This document shows, in pieces, positions 17,837 through 28,125 of a stretch of DNA of 64,000 bases (within the stretch, counting starts at the first letter, position 1; every line of letters begins with the position of its first letter). The stretch is from Candidatus Hydrogenedentota bacterium (GTDB taxonomy: Bacteria; Hydrogenedentota; Hydrogenedentia; Hydrogenedentales; JAEUWI01): positions 30,511 through 94,510 of the forward strand of contig JAXMOL010000027.1 of NCBI GenBank assembly GCA_034669905.1, in the 5' to 3' direction. The position numbers were made by a program, and so were the translations under genes. The notes under the pieces were generated by a model, which saw nothing but the letters and a program-made list of their open reading frames with translations, was not told where the DNA came from and searched no databases.

Positions 17837-19018
17837 ATGTTACCCACGATGATTTTGTTGGCGGCGATGGGCACGTTGCCCGGTGAGCCCTTGTTGGCGG
17901 CGGTGGGGGCGGAGCATGTGAAGGTCTATTATGAGCCGGGGCGTTTTGGGGGATGGCCGGCGAATTATGGGATGTGGAATTGGGAGGACGAAATCCTGGT
18001 GGCCTATAGCAAGGGCTGGGATAAGGATCTGGGGGCGACGGCGCACCATATTGATCGGGAGAAACCGGAGGAGTTCTGGTTTGCACGGAGTCTGGATGGG
18101 GGGAAGACGTGGACCCATGAGCATCCGGCGGCGGAGCAGGGGCAGATGATTCCCCGGGGGGTGGCCCTCCATGGGACGGAGACGCCAGGCCTGGCGCTGC
18201 CGGAGATTGTGGACCAGACGGAGCCCATGGATTTCAGTCACCCGGATTTTTGTCTGACCTTCCGCATGGACAATTATCACGGCGGCACGTCGCGCTATGA
18301 GTATTCCTATGATCGGGGGAAGACGTGGACGGGGCCCTTTGCCTTGCCGAATTTTGGGACGGCGGGTACGGCGGCGCGTACGGATTACATCATCAATGGC
18401 AAGCACGATATGTATATCTTCATCACGGTGGCGAAGGAGAACAAGCGGGAGGGCCGTCCCATGGTGGCCCGCACGCAGGATGGGGGGGTGACGTGGGATT
18501 TCGTTTCGTGGATCGGGCCCGAGCCGGCGGGCTTCGCCATCATGCCGTCGACGGTGCGCCTTTCAAGTCGGGAGTTCCTGACGACCTTACGCTGTCGGGA
18601 GGGGACCTTCCGGTGGATGGAGCAGTGGCGTAGTGTGGATGGTGCGAAGACGTGGACGAAGGAGGCGAACCCGGTGGATTATATGGGGGAGGGGAATCCA
18701 CCCATGTTGAACCAGCTGCCCAATGGCTACCTGTGTCTGACCTATGGCTTCCGGGCCTACCCCTTCAGCATCCGCGCGCGCCTGAGCACCGACTCGGGGG
18801 CGACGTGGGGTCCGGAGATTATCCTGCGCAATGATGGCATCGATCGGGATATTGGCTACGTGCGGAGCATTGTGCGCCCGGACGGCAAGGTGGTGACGAC
18901 CTATTACATCAGCGATGAGAAGACCGGTCCGGAGCGGTACATTGGTGCGACCATCTGGGACCCGATGAATGTGGCGGAAATCACGAGCGGTGAGGTGGAG
19001 CGGCAACTGGGCTTTTAA
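17837..19018 (+). CDS. Secreted BNR/Asp-box sialidase-family beta-propeller protein
   Basis: Five Asp-boxes (SLDGGKTW, SYDRGKTW, TQDGGVTW, SVDGAKTW, STDSGATW); signal peptide. Confidence 0.85.
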   Translation: MLPTMILLAAMGTLPGEPLLAAVGAEHVKVYYEPGRFGGWPANYGMWNWEDEILVAYSKGWDKDLGATAHHIDREKPEEFWFARSLDGGKTWTHEHPAAEQGQMIPRGVALHGTETPGLALPEIVDQTEPMDFSHPDFCLTFRMDNYHGGTSRYEYSYDRGKTWTGPFALPNFGTAGTAARTDYIINGKHDMYIFITVAKENKREGRPMVARTQDGGVTWDFVSWIGPEPAGFAIMPSTVRLSSREFLTTLRCREGTFRWMEQWRSVDGAKTWTKEANPVDYMGEGNPPMLNQLPNGYLCLTYGFRAYPFSIRARLSTDSGATWGPEIILRNDGIDRDIGYVRSIVRPDGKVVTTYYISDEKTGPERYIGATIWDPMNVAEITSGEVERQLGF

Positions 19019-19098
19019 CCGTCATCTCTCGGGTGCAGGTCCGCCGTGGCGAAGAGTCGGAGCTCCGGATGGGCGGCCCAATAACCGGATGAAACTCA

Positions 19099-19125
19099 CT
19101 GGATTCCCGCCTTCGCGGGAATGAC
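19099..19125. repeat. Short REP-type palindrome between convergent genes
   Basis: CTGG-ATTCCCGC-CTTC-GCGGGAAT-GAC. Confidence 0.7.
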
Positions 19126-19163
19126 GGTGGGTCGTTCCGTTGTACAGGTCTTCAGAGACCACG

Positions 19164-19724
19164 TTACACGGGGGGCTTGAACTCTTGCCGAGGGGGCTCG
19201 ACGCCGGGCTTGAGGGGGAGAAACATGACGCGCTCGTGGACGATACGTCCGTCGCCGGCCACGTTTTCCGTGTCGCCCGTGTGGAGGAAACCCATCTTCT
19301 GGTAAAGGGCAAAGGCCCGTTCGTTTTCCGGCACGCTCGTAAGGACGATGCCGTCTCGGCCTTCCGCTTCGGCGGTATCAATGAGGTGTTGCATCAGCGG
19401 TTCGCCGAGTCCTTCGCCCTGCCAGGCATCGGTGATGCCAATGCCGAGCACGGGAACGGGATCGCCCATGTTCCACAGGAAGGCATAGCCGATGATGCTG
19501 TCGTTGTTCAACAGGACCACGACGTAGTCGGTGCCATCTTCCGCACGGCCGAGGATGTGTTTAATGGTGTCATCGTCGTAGGCATGGGGAAGGAAGCGAT
19601 TGCGGGTCGTTTCGGACAGTCCGGCGTTGAAGGCCTGGAGGGCGGGGCCGTCGGAGCAAGCGATATAACGAAAAGCGACTTCATGATTGTCTCGGGTACG
19701 GAGCGGACGTGGTGGCATGGGCAT
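19164..19724 (-). CDS. GNAT-family N-acetyltransferase
   Basis: LGIGITDAWQGEGLG (motif A) and NERAFALYQKMGF (motif B). Confidence 0.9.
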   Translation of the reverse strand: MPMPPRPLRTRDNHEVAFRYIACSDGPALQAFNAGLSETTRNRFLPHAYDDDTIKHILGRAEDGTDYVVVLLNNDSIIGYAFLWNMGDPVPVLGIGITDAWQGEGLGEPLMQHLIDTAEAEGRDGIVLTSVPENERAFALYQKMGFLHTGDTENVAGDGRIVHERVMFLPLKPGVEPPRQEFKPPV

Positions 19725-19847
19725 CCTGAACGGTTGATGAACTACAGTGATCAGTGGTGTTTAATTTCTTCTCCTTAGATTGTACCTGATGGCGGCAGGA
19801 GATTTCGTCGTGCGGTATTTTGCGTGCAGGCTCCGGCGCGGCATGGC

Positions 19848-19882
19848 GAAAAAAACGCCCGGCGCGTGGGGTGCGCCGGGCG
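19848..19882 (-). terminator. Rho-independent terminator of the Clp ATPase gene
   Basis: GC-rich hairpin cgcccggcgc/gcgccgggcg followed by a T run on the minus strand. Confidence 0.75.
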
Positions 19883-19906
19883 GTGTGTTTCGGGGTGACG
19901 TGATAC

Positions 19907-22486
19907 TTAGCCGATGTTGTCTACCTTGAGAATGCAGGGGTCACCTTTCCCAATGTGGAGCAATTGTTCGGAGACCGCGTCTTCGATGTTCTCCACGAAG
20001 AGGGTGCGCAATGGCCGGGCCCCCAGGAGGGTGTCGAAGCCATTTTCCACGAGGTAGTCGCAGCACTGCTTACTGAGGGTGATGGAAACTTCGGGCTCGC
20101 TGGCCTCGGGATTCTTGCACACCACGGTGCGCACCCCGTCTTCCGCTTCGCTGACGTCAAACCACGTGTTGCACTCCTGGCGGTCGGGCGGAAGGATGAT
20201 TTTCCGGGCCATGGCCACCCGTTCACAGAGATCGCGCATGAGCTTGTTGAGGATGTTGGATTGTTCCGCCATTCCCAGGGGGCCAAAGACCAGCGGGCGT
20301 CCCATGCGGCCGAAGAGTTCGGGGGGCAGGCCCGGTACGGCGAGCATGGCCTGCTTGACGATTTCTTCCGCCGAGGGCACGTCATCCGGGTCGGCTTCAC
20401 CGGCCGCCACATCCAACAGGCGATTGGCTTCGTCCTGCAAGATGGCAAAGGTCTGAGGCGTCAGGTTGGGCGTGGTGGACGCGATTTCCTGGAGGATGGC
20501 TTTCACGGCCTGATTCTGTAACTCGGGTTCGGCCTCGGGATTGGCCTCCAGCCATCCGGTAATCCGGTGGCGCAATTCACCCAGCTGTCCGAGGATAGCC
20601 GCACCCACGTTGGTCGTGATGATGATCACCGTATTCTGGAAATCGATGTTCCGTCCCATCGAGTCAGTCAGGCGGGCTTCGTCGAAGAGTTGGAGGAAGA
20701 TACGCCAGATATTGGGGTGGGCCTTCTCAAACTCATCGAGGAGCACCAGCGAATAGGGCTTGCGGCGCACCGCTTCGGTGAGCATGCCGCCTTCTTCCGC
20801 GCCCTGATAGCCCCGGTCTGAACCGATGAGCCGGTTCCGCGCCGTCTCCGTGCCATATTCCGAAAGGTCCACGCGGATGAGGGCTTCTTCGCTGCCATAC
20901 CAGTCGGCCGCGAGGGCCTTGGCCAACTCGGTTTTACCGACGCCGGAAGGTCCGGCAAAGAGGAAGACCGCCTGGGGCTGCTTGGGCGGGGTAAGGCCGA
21001 CAAAGGCGCGCTTCATGGTCTTGACCACCGCCTTGATGGGATCGGGCTGGCCAAAGACCCGACTCGACAGGTTTTTGTTCAGGTCGAGGAGTTTGTGGCG
21101 TTGATCTTCCGACATGTTTTCGATGGGGATATTGGTCCGTTCCGATACCGCCTGGGCCACGTGCTTGCCATCCACCGGGGGCAGGTAGCCTTCCGGGTGA
21201 TCGGCAGTGACGTGGTTCAAGGTGACCATGGCACCCGCTTCATCGAGGATGCCCAATTCACGGGCAGGGGAGCGCACTTCACCGATGTAGCGCCGGGCCA
21301 GGGTGTTCACCCGATTGAGGGCGTCTTCCGTGTAATCTACGGCGTGGTGTTTGCCATAGACCGGGCGGACGCGCTTGAGGATGTCGGCCACTTCCGCGGG
21401 GCTTTGTTCTGGCACGATGACGGGGCTGAAGCGCCGTTTCATGGCACCATCTTTTTCGATGACGCGGAATTCGGCAAAGGTGGTGGCGCCGACGCACCAG
21501 AGTTCGCCCCGGGCGAGGGCCGGCTTCATGAGGTTGGCGGCATCCATACCGCCACTTTCACCCGTTTCGCCCAGCCCGATGAGCTGGTGGATTTCGTCGA
21601 TAAAGAGAATGACGCTGCCCTTGGCGGCCTGGAGTTCGCGGAGCACGGCGGTGAGGCGCTGTTCGAATTCACCGCGGTACTTGGAGCCGGCCATGATCAG
21701 GCCGAGATCCAGGCTGATGATTTTCTTGCCTTTGAGTCGTTCGGGCACCCGGTCTTTGACGATGTTGATGGCCAGGCCTTCGATAATCTTGGTCTTACCC
21801 ACCCCCGCTTCACCCAGGAGGACCGGGTTGTTCGCTTCCTTCTTCAGCAAGATGCTGGAGATGCGGCGAATCTCGTCGGCGCGGCCAATCACTTCTTCCA
21901 GGCCACCGGCCGCGGCTTTTTCGGTGAGGTCAATGCCGTAGGTTTTCAGGGCTTCAATGGACGATGCCGTGGCCGTTTTGCGGCTTACGGCACCCACGGG
22001 GATTTTTCGGTCGCCATCCAGAATGGAGCTGGTAAGGCCGAAATCCGATGCCAGGAAAGAATCCATCGCGTGGGTGCGGTAGTCAATGATACCGGCGAGG
22101 AGATCGTCCCACTCAATCTGGTCTTTTTTCTTGGCGGCCACCGTCTCAATGACCCGCTCCAGATTGTGGCCGGTTTTTTTCGGACGGTTATCGAGGATGC
22201 TGCAAAGCTGATTCAACTCATCGGAATACTGGCCCTTGGCGACTTTTTGCTTGGGCAGATTGCTGATGAACTGGTGGTTGAGGGCCACACGAAACTCACC
22301 AAAGGAACGGCGATCCTTGCCATCTTCCCCTTCGAAGAGGCGGCGAAGAGAGCTTTTTTCACGGTCCATGGCGTCGACCCACAGCAGGTGCTGGAAATCG
22401 ATGGGGCCCAATCCGAGGGCGCGGGCTTTGTCGAAGCGCTCCTCTCGGGTAAATCTGTCGAAACGGTCTTCATTTACTTCGGGCAT
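19907..22486 (-). CDS. Divergent ClpA/B/C-family AAA+ ATPase with two NBDs
   Basis: NBD1 has GEAGVGKT, KYRGEFE and LFIDEIH. NBD2 has GPSGVGKT, LLDEFEKAH and GARPLR. Confidence 0.9.
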   Translation of the reverse strand: MPEVNEDRFDRFTREERFDKARALGLGPIDFQHLLWVDAMDREKSSLRRLFEGEDGKDRRSFGEFRVALNHQFISNLPKQKVAKGQYSDELNQLCSILDNRPKKTGHNLERVIETVAAKKKDQIEWDDLLAGIIDYRTHAMDSFLASDFGLTSSILDGDRKIPVGAVSRKTATASSIEALKTYGIDLTEKAAAGGLEEVIGRADEIRRISSILLKKEANNPVLLGEAGVGKTKIIEGLAINIVKDRVPERLKGKKIISLDLGLIMAGSKYRGEFEQRLTAVLRELQAAKGSVILFIDEIHQLIGLGETGESGGMDAANLMKPALARGELWCVGATTFAEFRVIEKDGAMKRRFSPVIVPEQSPAEVADILKRVRPVYGKHHAVDYTEDALNRVNTLARRYIGEVRSPARELGILDEAGAMVTLNHVTADHPEGYLPPVDGKHVAQAVSERTNIPIENMSEDQRHKLLDLNKNLSSRVFGQPDPIKAVVKTMKRAFVGLTPPKQPQAVFLFAGPSGVGKTELAKALAADWYGSEEALIRVDLSEYGTETARNRLIGSDRGYQGAEEGGMLTEAVRRKPYSLVLLDEFEKAHPNIWRIFLQLFDEARLTDSMGRNIDFQNTVIIITTNVGAAILGQLGELRHRITGWLEANPEAEPELQNQAVKAILQEIASTTPNLTPQTFAILQDEANRLLDVAAGEADPDDVPSAEEIVKQAMLAVPGLPPELFGRMGRPLVFGPLGMAEQSNILNKLMRDLCERVAMARKIILPPDRQECNTWFDVSEAEDGVRTVVCKNPEASEPEVSITLSKQCCDYLVENGFDTLLGARPLRTLFVENIEDAVSEQLLHIGKGDPCILKVDNIG

Positions 22487-22740
22487 GACGCGAAGCTCCC
22501 TGTACGGTTCAAAAAAATTGCTGTTCCCATGGCGGTGCTGTGGGTGTGATTCTCAGTTTTTACAGCACCGGTCAATAGACTAAGTAATTGGGCCGGGAAA
22601 AGCAACCTGTTTTTGTCGAGCAGGGAGCGCCGGAGTGGCAATGATACTGAGTTTGCCGACACGTTTGGCGCTTCGGGAACGTAATACCCGAAAAATTGCG
22701 CCTTCCACGCGTCGGGCATTTCGCTGGATGACCGATAGTG

Positions 22741-25458
22741 TTACTTACCCAACGCGGCGTTCATCTCCACGATCATGCGGGCGATGTCCTGTCGTTTCTT
22801 GAGCAGTACCTGGGGGTCCCGGGTGAAATCCACGAGACTGGGGATGACTTCGCCCAGGTTGTAGACCTTGGCGGCCCGCTCGAGGAGGGCTTCGTGTCCG
22901 GGCGTCTCGAGGAGTTTCCGACGGCGATCATTGAAGATGGCCAGGTAGTCATAGTCTTCGATGCCGTCCCGGATGTTTTCCCAGCGGATGGAGTTGACCG
23001 GACCGTTCTTGTCGGTGTAGAGGAGTAGCCCATCACCGTTTACGGGGGTCACATCCAAGAGGCTCTGCCAGGGATTAATTCCATTGGGGGGCGTGTTGAT
23101 GCTCCAGTAGTACATGCCCCGAACCCCAAGCGCCCAGGTCTGCCAGAAGAGGATGCGGTGCTCGATGGATTCGAAGTCGACGAAGAAGTTGCCATAGGGC
23201 CGGGGGGGCGTCTGATCCACATACCACCAGACTTCTTTTCCGGAGTGAATCCGTTCCAGAATCTGGGCGTTGTTGGCCGTGTCGAACAGGGGGGCATGGA
23301 CCGCCCACCGGTCCAGTCCATCGGGCAGAAAGGGGTCGAGGCCATAGGTCGTCACCATGATGGGGATATCCGGTGCGGCGTCTTTCCACTGCTGCATCCC
23401 TTCCATGAGGCGCGGCCAGGCGGGTCGTGCTGGCTCGTTGGAAACGTGGGAAAACACGCGGTCCTGGAGCTTGTGTTTCACCACAAAGGCGTTCGCTTCG
23501 GCCAGGTTGTTGGGATAGGCCACGAGAGACGGCGGCACGTTGATGGTGGTCGTACCGGCGGGGTCCGCCTTGTCGAGCGCGGCCTTGAATTCGTCCAGTG
23601 CCCGCCCAAAGTTGGCCTGTTCCGCCGGGAAGTTGAGGGCACCACGGAGGGTGATACGGTGTTCCGCCGCGTTTTTCATGAAACGGGCCGTGAGGGCGCT
23701 GTCACTCAGGGTTCCGCCGGTCTGTTGGTGCTGCTTGCGGGCTTCTTCCAGATCAAAGACGAAGTCGGTCTTGAGCATGGGGCGTTGTGGCAGCTTGAAG
23801 CCGAAGACTTCTACTTCCAGGAACACCTCCACCGGGGGCAGGCCGACCCCCTGGATCTCTACGAGACCGCTGTAGGTCCCTGGTTTGGCGCTGGCGGGCA
23901 CGTCCACGGTGAACCAGACGGGAGCCGTCTGCCCACCGGTCACGTCGAAGGGCTTGAGCGGGAGCAGGGCATCGGGCCAGGAGCCCGTGGGGCCTTCAAA
24001 GTGGCTTGAGATAGCGACACGATGAAAGTGGGGGGTATAGATATGAATGGCTTCCGCGGAAATACGTTCTCCACCCGTCGCACGCAAGTCGTTGGCGACC
24101 AGGTGGACGTCGCGCAGGTTCTTGCCCTTGGGGGGCCGGATGGCGATCTGGAAGGATTCGGATTCCCCCTGGGCGGCGGCAATGGCAATGGTGGGGTCGG
24201 TCTTGTCCGTGGGGCTGAGTTGATCCTGAGCCAGGATCTTGTGGAGGGAGGTCTCTGCCCAGAGATTCGTCTCGCCACTGCTTAAGCGGGGGCGCTTAAC
24301 CGTGCGGGGTTGCTGATCCAGGGCATGGGGGGCATCGGTCCAGGCCGGGAAGCTTTTTCGGGCGGGATTGCCCACGATGAACTGGGTGTCGATGCCGCCG
24401 TGGGGCGAACTGGTTTCCGTGCCCAGACGGACCACCTTGCCGCGTTGGGTAATCTGCGCGAGGATTTCATAGGCACCGGGGCCCGGGGCTTTCCAATTGA
24501 AGGTGCATCGGGCCAGGCGATTGGGGGCCAGGCTGAACTTCTTTTGAGGCAGCGCCCAGGTCTCGCCATCGGCGGCCTTGACGTGGGCGTTGATCTGGAG
24601 ATCGGGCATATCCTTGATGGGGGAGAAAAGAATGGTCAACGTGCCGTTTTCATAATCGATCTGGGCAGCGAACTCTTCCGTCGCAAAATCCACATGTTTG
24701 AGGCCGCGCACGATGTTGAGACGGTACTGGGTTTCCCACTTGGCGCCCGGTTCCAGCAGAAAGGGAACGAAGGCGGTCTGGATGCCCATGCGTGCCCGGG
24801 GGCTGTCTTCCGTCGCGGCCTGATAGGGTTCTGTGAGGAAGGCATAGGTGTGGTTGGCGTCAAAGACGGCGTAGAGACTTTCCTGCTCAATAGGGTCGGT
24901 AAAGGCGAACCAGTTTCGTGCGGCGGGGTGGTAGGCCTTCTGGGTGGGCTGCAAGATGCCCCCGGTGGTGGGGACGTCCAATCGGTCCCGCTCCGACACC
25001 GAGCCACCGGGGGTCACATCATTGCGGACCCAGGGGGTGACCCATTGCCGCTCGTCGCCCCCGTTCGTGACGGTCCACGTAACGCGTACGGAGGCTTCGT
25101 CCGGGAGTAACTCGAGTTTCCGAACGACTTTCAGTCCACGAATGTTGGGCCCGTCGCAGTCATAGCTATACTGGATAACGGGGCGGTCGGAAATGCTGTC
25201 CAGGGCTTCCATTTTTTCGTTCAGGCGTCGGTTGGGCACATAGAAGTTCCCCACACCAAAGCCTTCCTGGAGGAGGCCGTCATCGCCTGCGAAGCTGGTG
25301 GGGGTGGCGAGCAAGCCGAAGGTGTGGAGCATGCCGCCCTCATTGGGGTGCATACCCAATTCGATGAGATGGCCCTTAATCTCGATTTCTTCGTTAATGA
25401 CTGCCGCAGTCGAGATGAGGGGAAGGAGGAAAACGGTAAGATAAAAAAGGACGCGCAT
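22741..25458 (-). CDS. Secreted DUF4091-containing putative glycoside hydrolase (GH123-like)
   Basis: Signal peptide; GESESFQI, WPDALLP, QTAPVWFTVDVP, and the C-terminal NGDGLLLY...SIRWENIRDGIEDYDYL. Confidence 0.8.
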   Translation of the reverse strand: MRVLFYLTVFLLPLISTAAVINEEIEIKGHLIELGMHPNEGGMLHTFGLLATPTSFAGDDGLLQEGFGVGNFYVPNRRLNEKMEALDSISDRPVIQYSYDCDGPNIRGLKVVRKLELLPDEASVRVTWTVTNGGDERQWVTPWVRNDVTPGGSVSERDRLDVPTTGGILQPTQKAYHPAARNWFAFTDPIEQESLYAVFDANHTYAFLTEPYQAATEDSPRARMGIQTAFVPFLLEPGAKWETQYRLNIVRGLKHVDFATEEFAAQIDYENGTLTILFSPIKDMPDLQINAHVKAADGETWALPQKKFSLAPNRLARCTFNWKAPGPGAYEILAQITQRGKVVRLGTETSSPHGGIDTQFIVGNPARKSFPAWTDAPHALDQQPRTVKRPRLSSGETNLWAETSLHKILAQDQLSPTDKTDPTIAIAAAQGESESFQIAIRPPKGKNLRDVHLVANDLRATGGERISAEAIHIYTPHFHRVAISSHFEGPTGSWPDALLPLKPFDVTGGQTAPVWFTVDVPASAKPGTYSGLVEIQGVGLPPVEVFLEVEVFGFKLPQRPMLKTDFVFDLEEARKQHQQTGGTLSDSALTARFMKNAAEHRITLRGALNFPAEQANFGRALDEFKAALDKADPAGTTTINVPPSLVAYPNNLAEANAFVVKHKLQDRVFSHVSNEPARPAWPRLMEGMQQWKDAAPDIPIMVTTYGLDPFLPDGLDRWAVHAPLFDTANNAQILERIHSGKEVWWYVDQTPPRPYGNFFVDFESIEHRILFWQTWALGVRGMYYWSINTPPNGINPWQSLLDVTPVNGDGLLLYTDKNGPVNSIRWENIRDGIEDYDYLAIFNDRRRKLLETPGHEALLERAAKVYNLGEVIPSLVDFTRDPQVLLKKRQDIARMIVEMNAALGK

Positions 25459-25522
25459 GATGTGCCTTTGGTTAATGGGGGTAAATCAGGACAAGCCGTC
25501 TATTGTAATGGGCAGGGAGGGC

Positions 25523-27733
25523 CTATTGCACCTTGTGACTGCCGGGCTCCCGAGTGGGGGACTGGCGCCGGTTTCGATACAGCAGTCCGCACCAGATGCC
25601 GAAAGTGAGCAGAAGGCCCATTGCGCTTATCGCGCGACCCCACTGGAAGCTCCGGGGGGTGAATTCGAAGCGCACTTCGTGCTCGCCAGTGGGGACAATG
25701 CAGCCCATAAAGTCGCCATTAACCCGCAGGAGCTCGCGCCGGGTACCGTCGATATGGACTTGCCATCCGGGGTGGAAGCGCTGGGCGAAGACCAACAGTT
25801 GGTCATTGGGGGTCACGGCGTCCCAGACGACATGGCCAGGCTCATTTCTTGTCCACGTAAGCGTTCCGGGGGTGGCCTCCAGTAAATCGATGGGCTTCAT
25901 CACCAGGGCGGTCGTGGCCACGTCGATGCCTTCGATATCTTCCCGGGGGGTGTCGGACAACGCCGTACGGGTCACCAGTCGGGCCATGGGAAGCGCATCT
26001 TCATGAAGGGTCCAGTTTCTTGCACCGAGGGGTTGTTTTTCCCAGCGAACGCCCGCGAGCCGTTTGGTCACTTCGGCGTCCGGGTCAAGGACCCATGCCG
26101 GGGGCAGGCCCACATAGCCCATATAGCTGGAGAGGCCGAGTTGGCTCAGTCGGGCTACGCGCCAGTTTCCGTGGGCACGGTATTCCCCGTCAAAGGCCTG
26201 AAATGCCGGGTCGTCGGGGAGTTCTTGCGCCAGGGAAGTTTGCAGCGCGTCGTAGGGAGAAGATTGGGGTTGGTGTTGCCAGACGAAGGGCATGGCGTAG
26301 AAGGCGGCATCGAGGGTTGCGAAAAGGATGAGAGCCGCGATGACGGTCTGGCGGGCGCGGGGTGCCAGGGCCACCAGCACGATGGCCAGGGTGATGAGGG
26401 TTGGTCCCACCAGGAGCCGTCCCCAGTGGGTCGTAAAAGCGTCGGAGAGTTCCGCCGTTCCCAGTCCGCGCAGGGACAAAACGAGTAGCAGGGATGCCCA
26501 GGCCGCGACGCCGATGGCCCACCACCGTCCGCGATTCGTGTGGGAAGCGTCTGTCCCACGGGCCATGCGGGCCAACGCGAAGGCACTGATGAGGGCCACG
26601 GCAAACTGAAATAAGACCAGGTGCCGCGCGGGACACCGGAATGCGCCCAGCACAGGGATCATGGCGATGAAACGATAAAGTCCGCCATAGTATCCCAACG
26701 CGAGAACCGGTGTGAGAACAAGGAGCGCGAGGCCATAGCGCCGGAGTCGTCGAGGGAATTCGGAAGACGGGGATGTCCCGAGCAGCCATAGCGTGAGGAC
26801 CATGGGAACGGCACCGACGTAGACCACATATTCCCAGGGGGGCGTGCCGTGGGCAATACCGTTGGCGAACCAGTAGGGACTTACCCATTGGAGAAGGTTC
26901 AAGGGATGGAGGGAGCCTTCTTTCCAGAAATCGGCCTCGCCACTCCGTTGGGCATAGTCCAGCAGATCAAAGGTCGGCAGTACCTGAACGGACGCGATGC
27001 AAAGTCCCAGCGCCAGGGCGGAGGTGAGGGCGGCCAATCGCCGCACCGGTTGGTCGAAGGGCCGCTGACAGAGGATGTAGAGGCCTACGGCGAGGAGGGT
27101 AAACAACACATACTGGGGGTAGCCAGAGAGCAACTGGGAGGCGGTGAGGAGGCAGAGGCCCAGCCACGCACGACGAAATGCGACTGCCTGGGGCGAGCTC
27201 AAAAGGAGGTGGACGGTCAGGAGCACCCAGGGAAGGTGGCTGATGACGGTGACAGCCTGGATATGGGTGTAGTGATAGAGGAGGAATCCGGAGAAGGTAA
27301 AGAGGTTGGCCCCGAAGAGGGCGGCGAACAGGGGAAGCCGATAGTGGCGCAAGAGGGCCACCATACCCGCATAGAGAAAGACATAGCTCGCCATAAACTC
27401 GACGTTGAAGGCCAGCGGCAAGGGAAGAACCCGATAGAGGCCCCATTGGAGGGGATGGAAGAATGCGCCCTGACCTTCGGCATGGAGGTAATAGCCGCAG
27501 AATTGCTGGGGCCACCAGAGGAAGGAGTAGCCGTTTTCCAGGCAGTAGCTGTAGAAACTTCGATAGGGGAATTGCTGGGAGCCCAAATCGCTGCCCTGAT
27601 AGATATTTCCACGGAGCAGGGGATAGGCCAGGAGGAGGAATAAGAAGAGCCCGCAGCCGCTGGCGATCAGGGTCAGGCAAGGCGATTCAATCGGGCGAGG
27701 CGTCGAATTTTCATCCGCAGATGGTGCTGGCAT
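25523..27733 (-). CDS. YfhO-family multi-pass membrane protein (GT-C-like)
   Basis: Many TM segments; LWWPQQFCGY; C-terminal LVFAQRFHPGWQVHIDG...VPTGEHEVRFEF. Start is approximate. Confidence 0.8.
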   Translation of the reverse strand: MPAPSADENSTPRPIESPCLTLIASGCGLFLFLLLAYPLLRGNIYQGSDLGSQQFPYRSFYSYCLENGYSFLWWPQQFCGYYLHAEGQGAFFHPLQWGLYRVLPLPLAFNVEFMASYVFLYAGMVALLRHYRLPLFAALFGANLFTFSGFLLYHYTHIQAVTVISHLPWVLLTVHLLLSSPQAVAFRRAWLGLCLLTASQLLSGYPQYVLFTLLAVGLYILCQRPFDQPVRRLAALTSALALGLCIASVQVLPTFDLLDYAQRSGEADFWKEGSLHPLNLLQWVSPYWFANGIAHGTPPWEYVVYVGAVPMVLTLWLLGTSPSSEFPRRLRRYGLALLVLTPVLALGYYGGLYRFIAMIPVLGAFRCPARHLVLFQFAVALISAFALARMARGTDASHTNRGRWWAIGVAAWASLLLVLSLRGLGTAELSDAFTTHWGRLLVGPTLITLAIVLVALAPRARQTVIAALILFATLDAAFYAMPFVWQHQPQSSPYDALQTSLAQELPDDPAFQAFDGEYRAHGNWRVARLSQLGLSSYMGYVGLPPAWVLDPDAEVTKRLAGVRWEKQPLGARNWTLHEDALPMARLVTRTALSDTPREDIEGIDVATTALVMKPIDLLEATPGTLTWTRNEPGHVVWDAVTPNDQLLVFAQRFHPGWQVHIDGTRRELLRVNGDFMGCIVPTGEHEVRFEFTPRSFQWGRAISAMGLLLTFGIWCGLLYRNRRQSPTREPGSHKVQ

Positions 27734-27897
27734 GGCGCGATTATAGGGGAGTGGGGCACAGGGCGCAAACCTGGCATGGGTTGACTGCCGTCGCAAAAGA
27801 TGGCTACCATGAACCTCCCTCCGGTGCCGTAGGAGAGCACGGCCCCATCCCTTCGGGGGATATTTTCGTTATTTTCCACAACAACAGGGTGATTTAT

Positions 27898-28125
27898 ATG
27901 GTCGACATGGCGCGTGTCTGGCCCATTCTATGTCAATTTGGCATAGGGGGGCTGCTTTGTATCGTCGGAGTCTGGGCAGGGCTGTCCAGCGGGTATCTGG
28001 ATATGAACCTGAAAGATGACCGGCGTCTCATCGCGGTAATCGTTGGTGGCTTCGTCGGCTTGTTGGTCCTGTCGTGTGCCTTTACCTTCTGGCTGCCCTT
28101 TGTCGGTGGAGGAGATGCATCATGA
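27898..28125 (+). CDS. Small two-TM protein, probable accessory subunit of the downstream symporter
   Basis: 75 aa with two hydrophobic helices; ATGA overlap with the SSS gene. Confidence 0.7.
   Translation: MVDMARVWPILCQFGIGGLLCIVGVWAGLSSGYLDMNLKDDRRLIAVIVGGFVGLLVLSCAFTFWLPFVGGGDAS

Noticed and set aside
19164..19724. GNAT as a toxin-antitoxin toxin
   Set aside because: No adjacent RHH/DUF1778 antitoxin gene; it looks like a stand-alone acetyltransferase.
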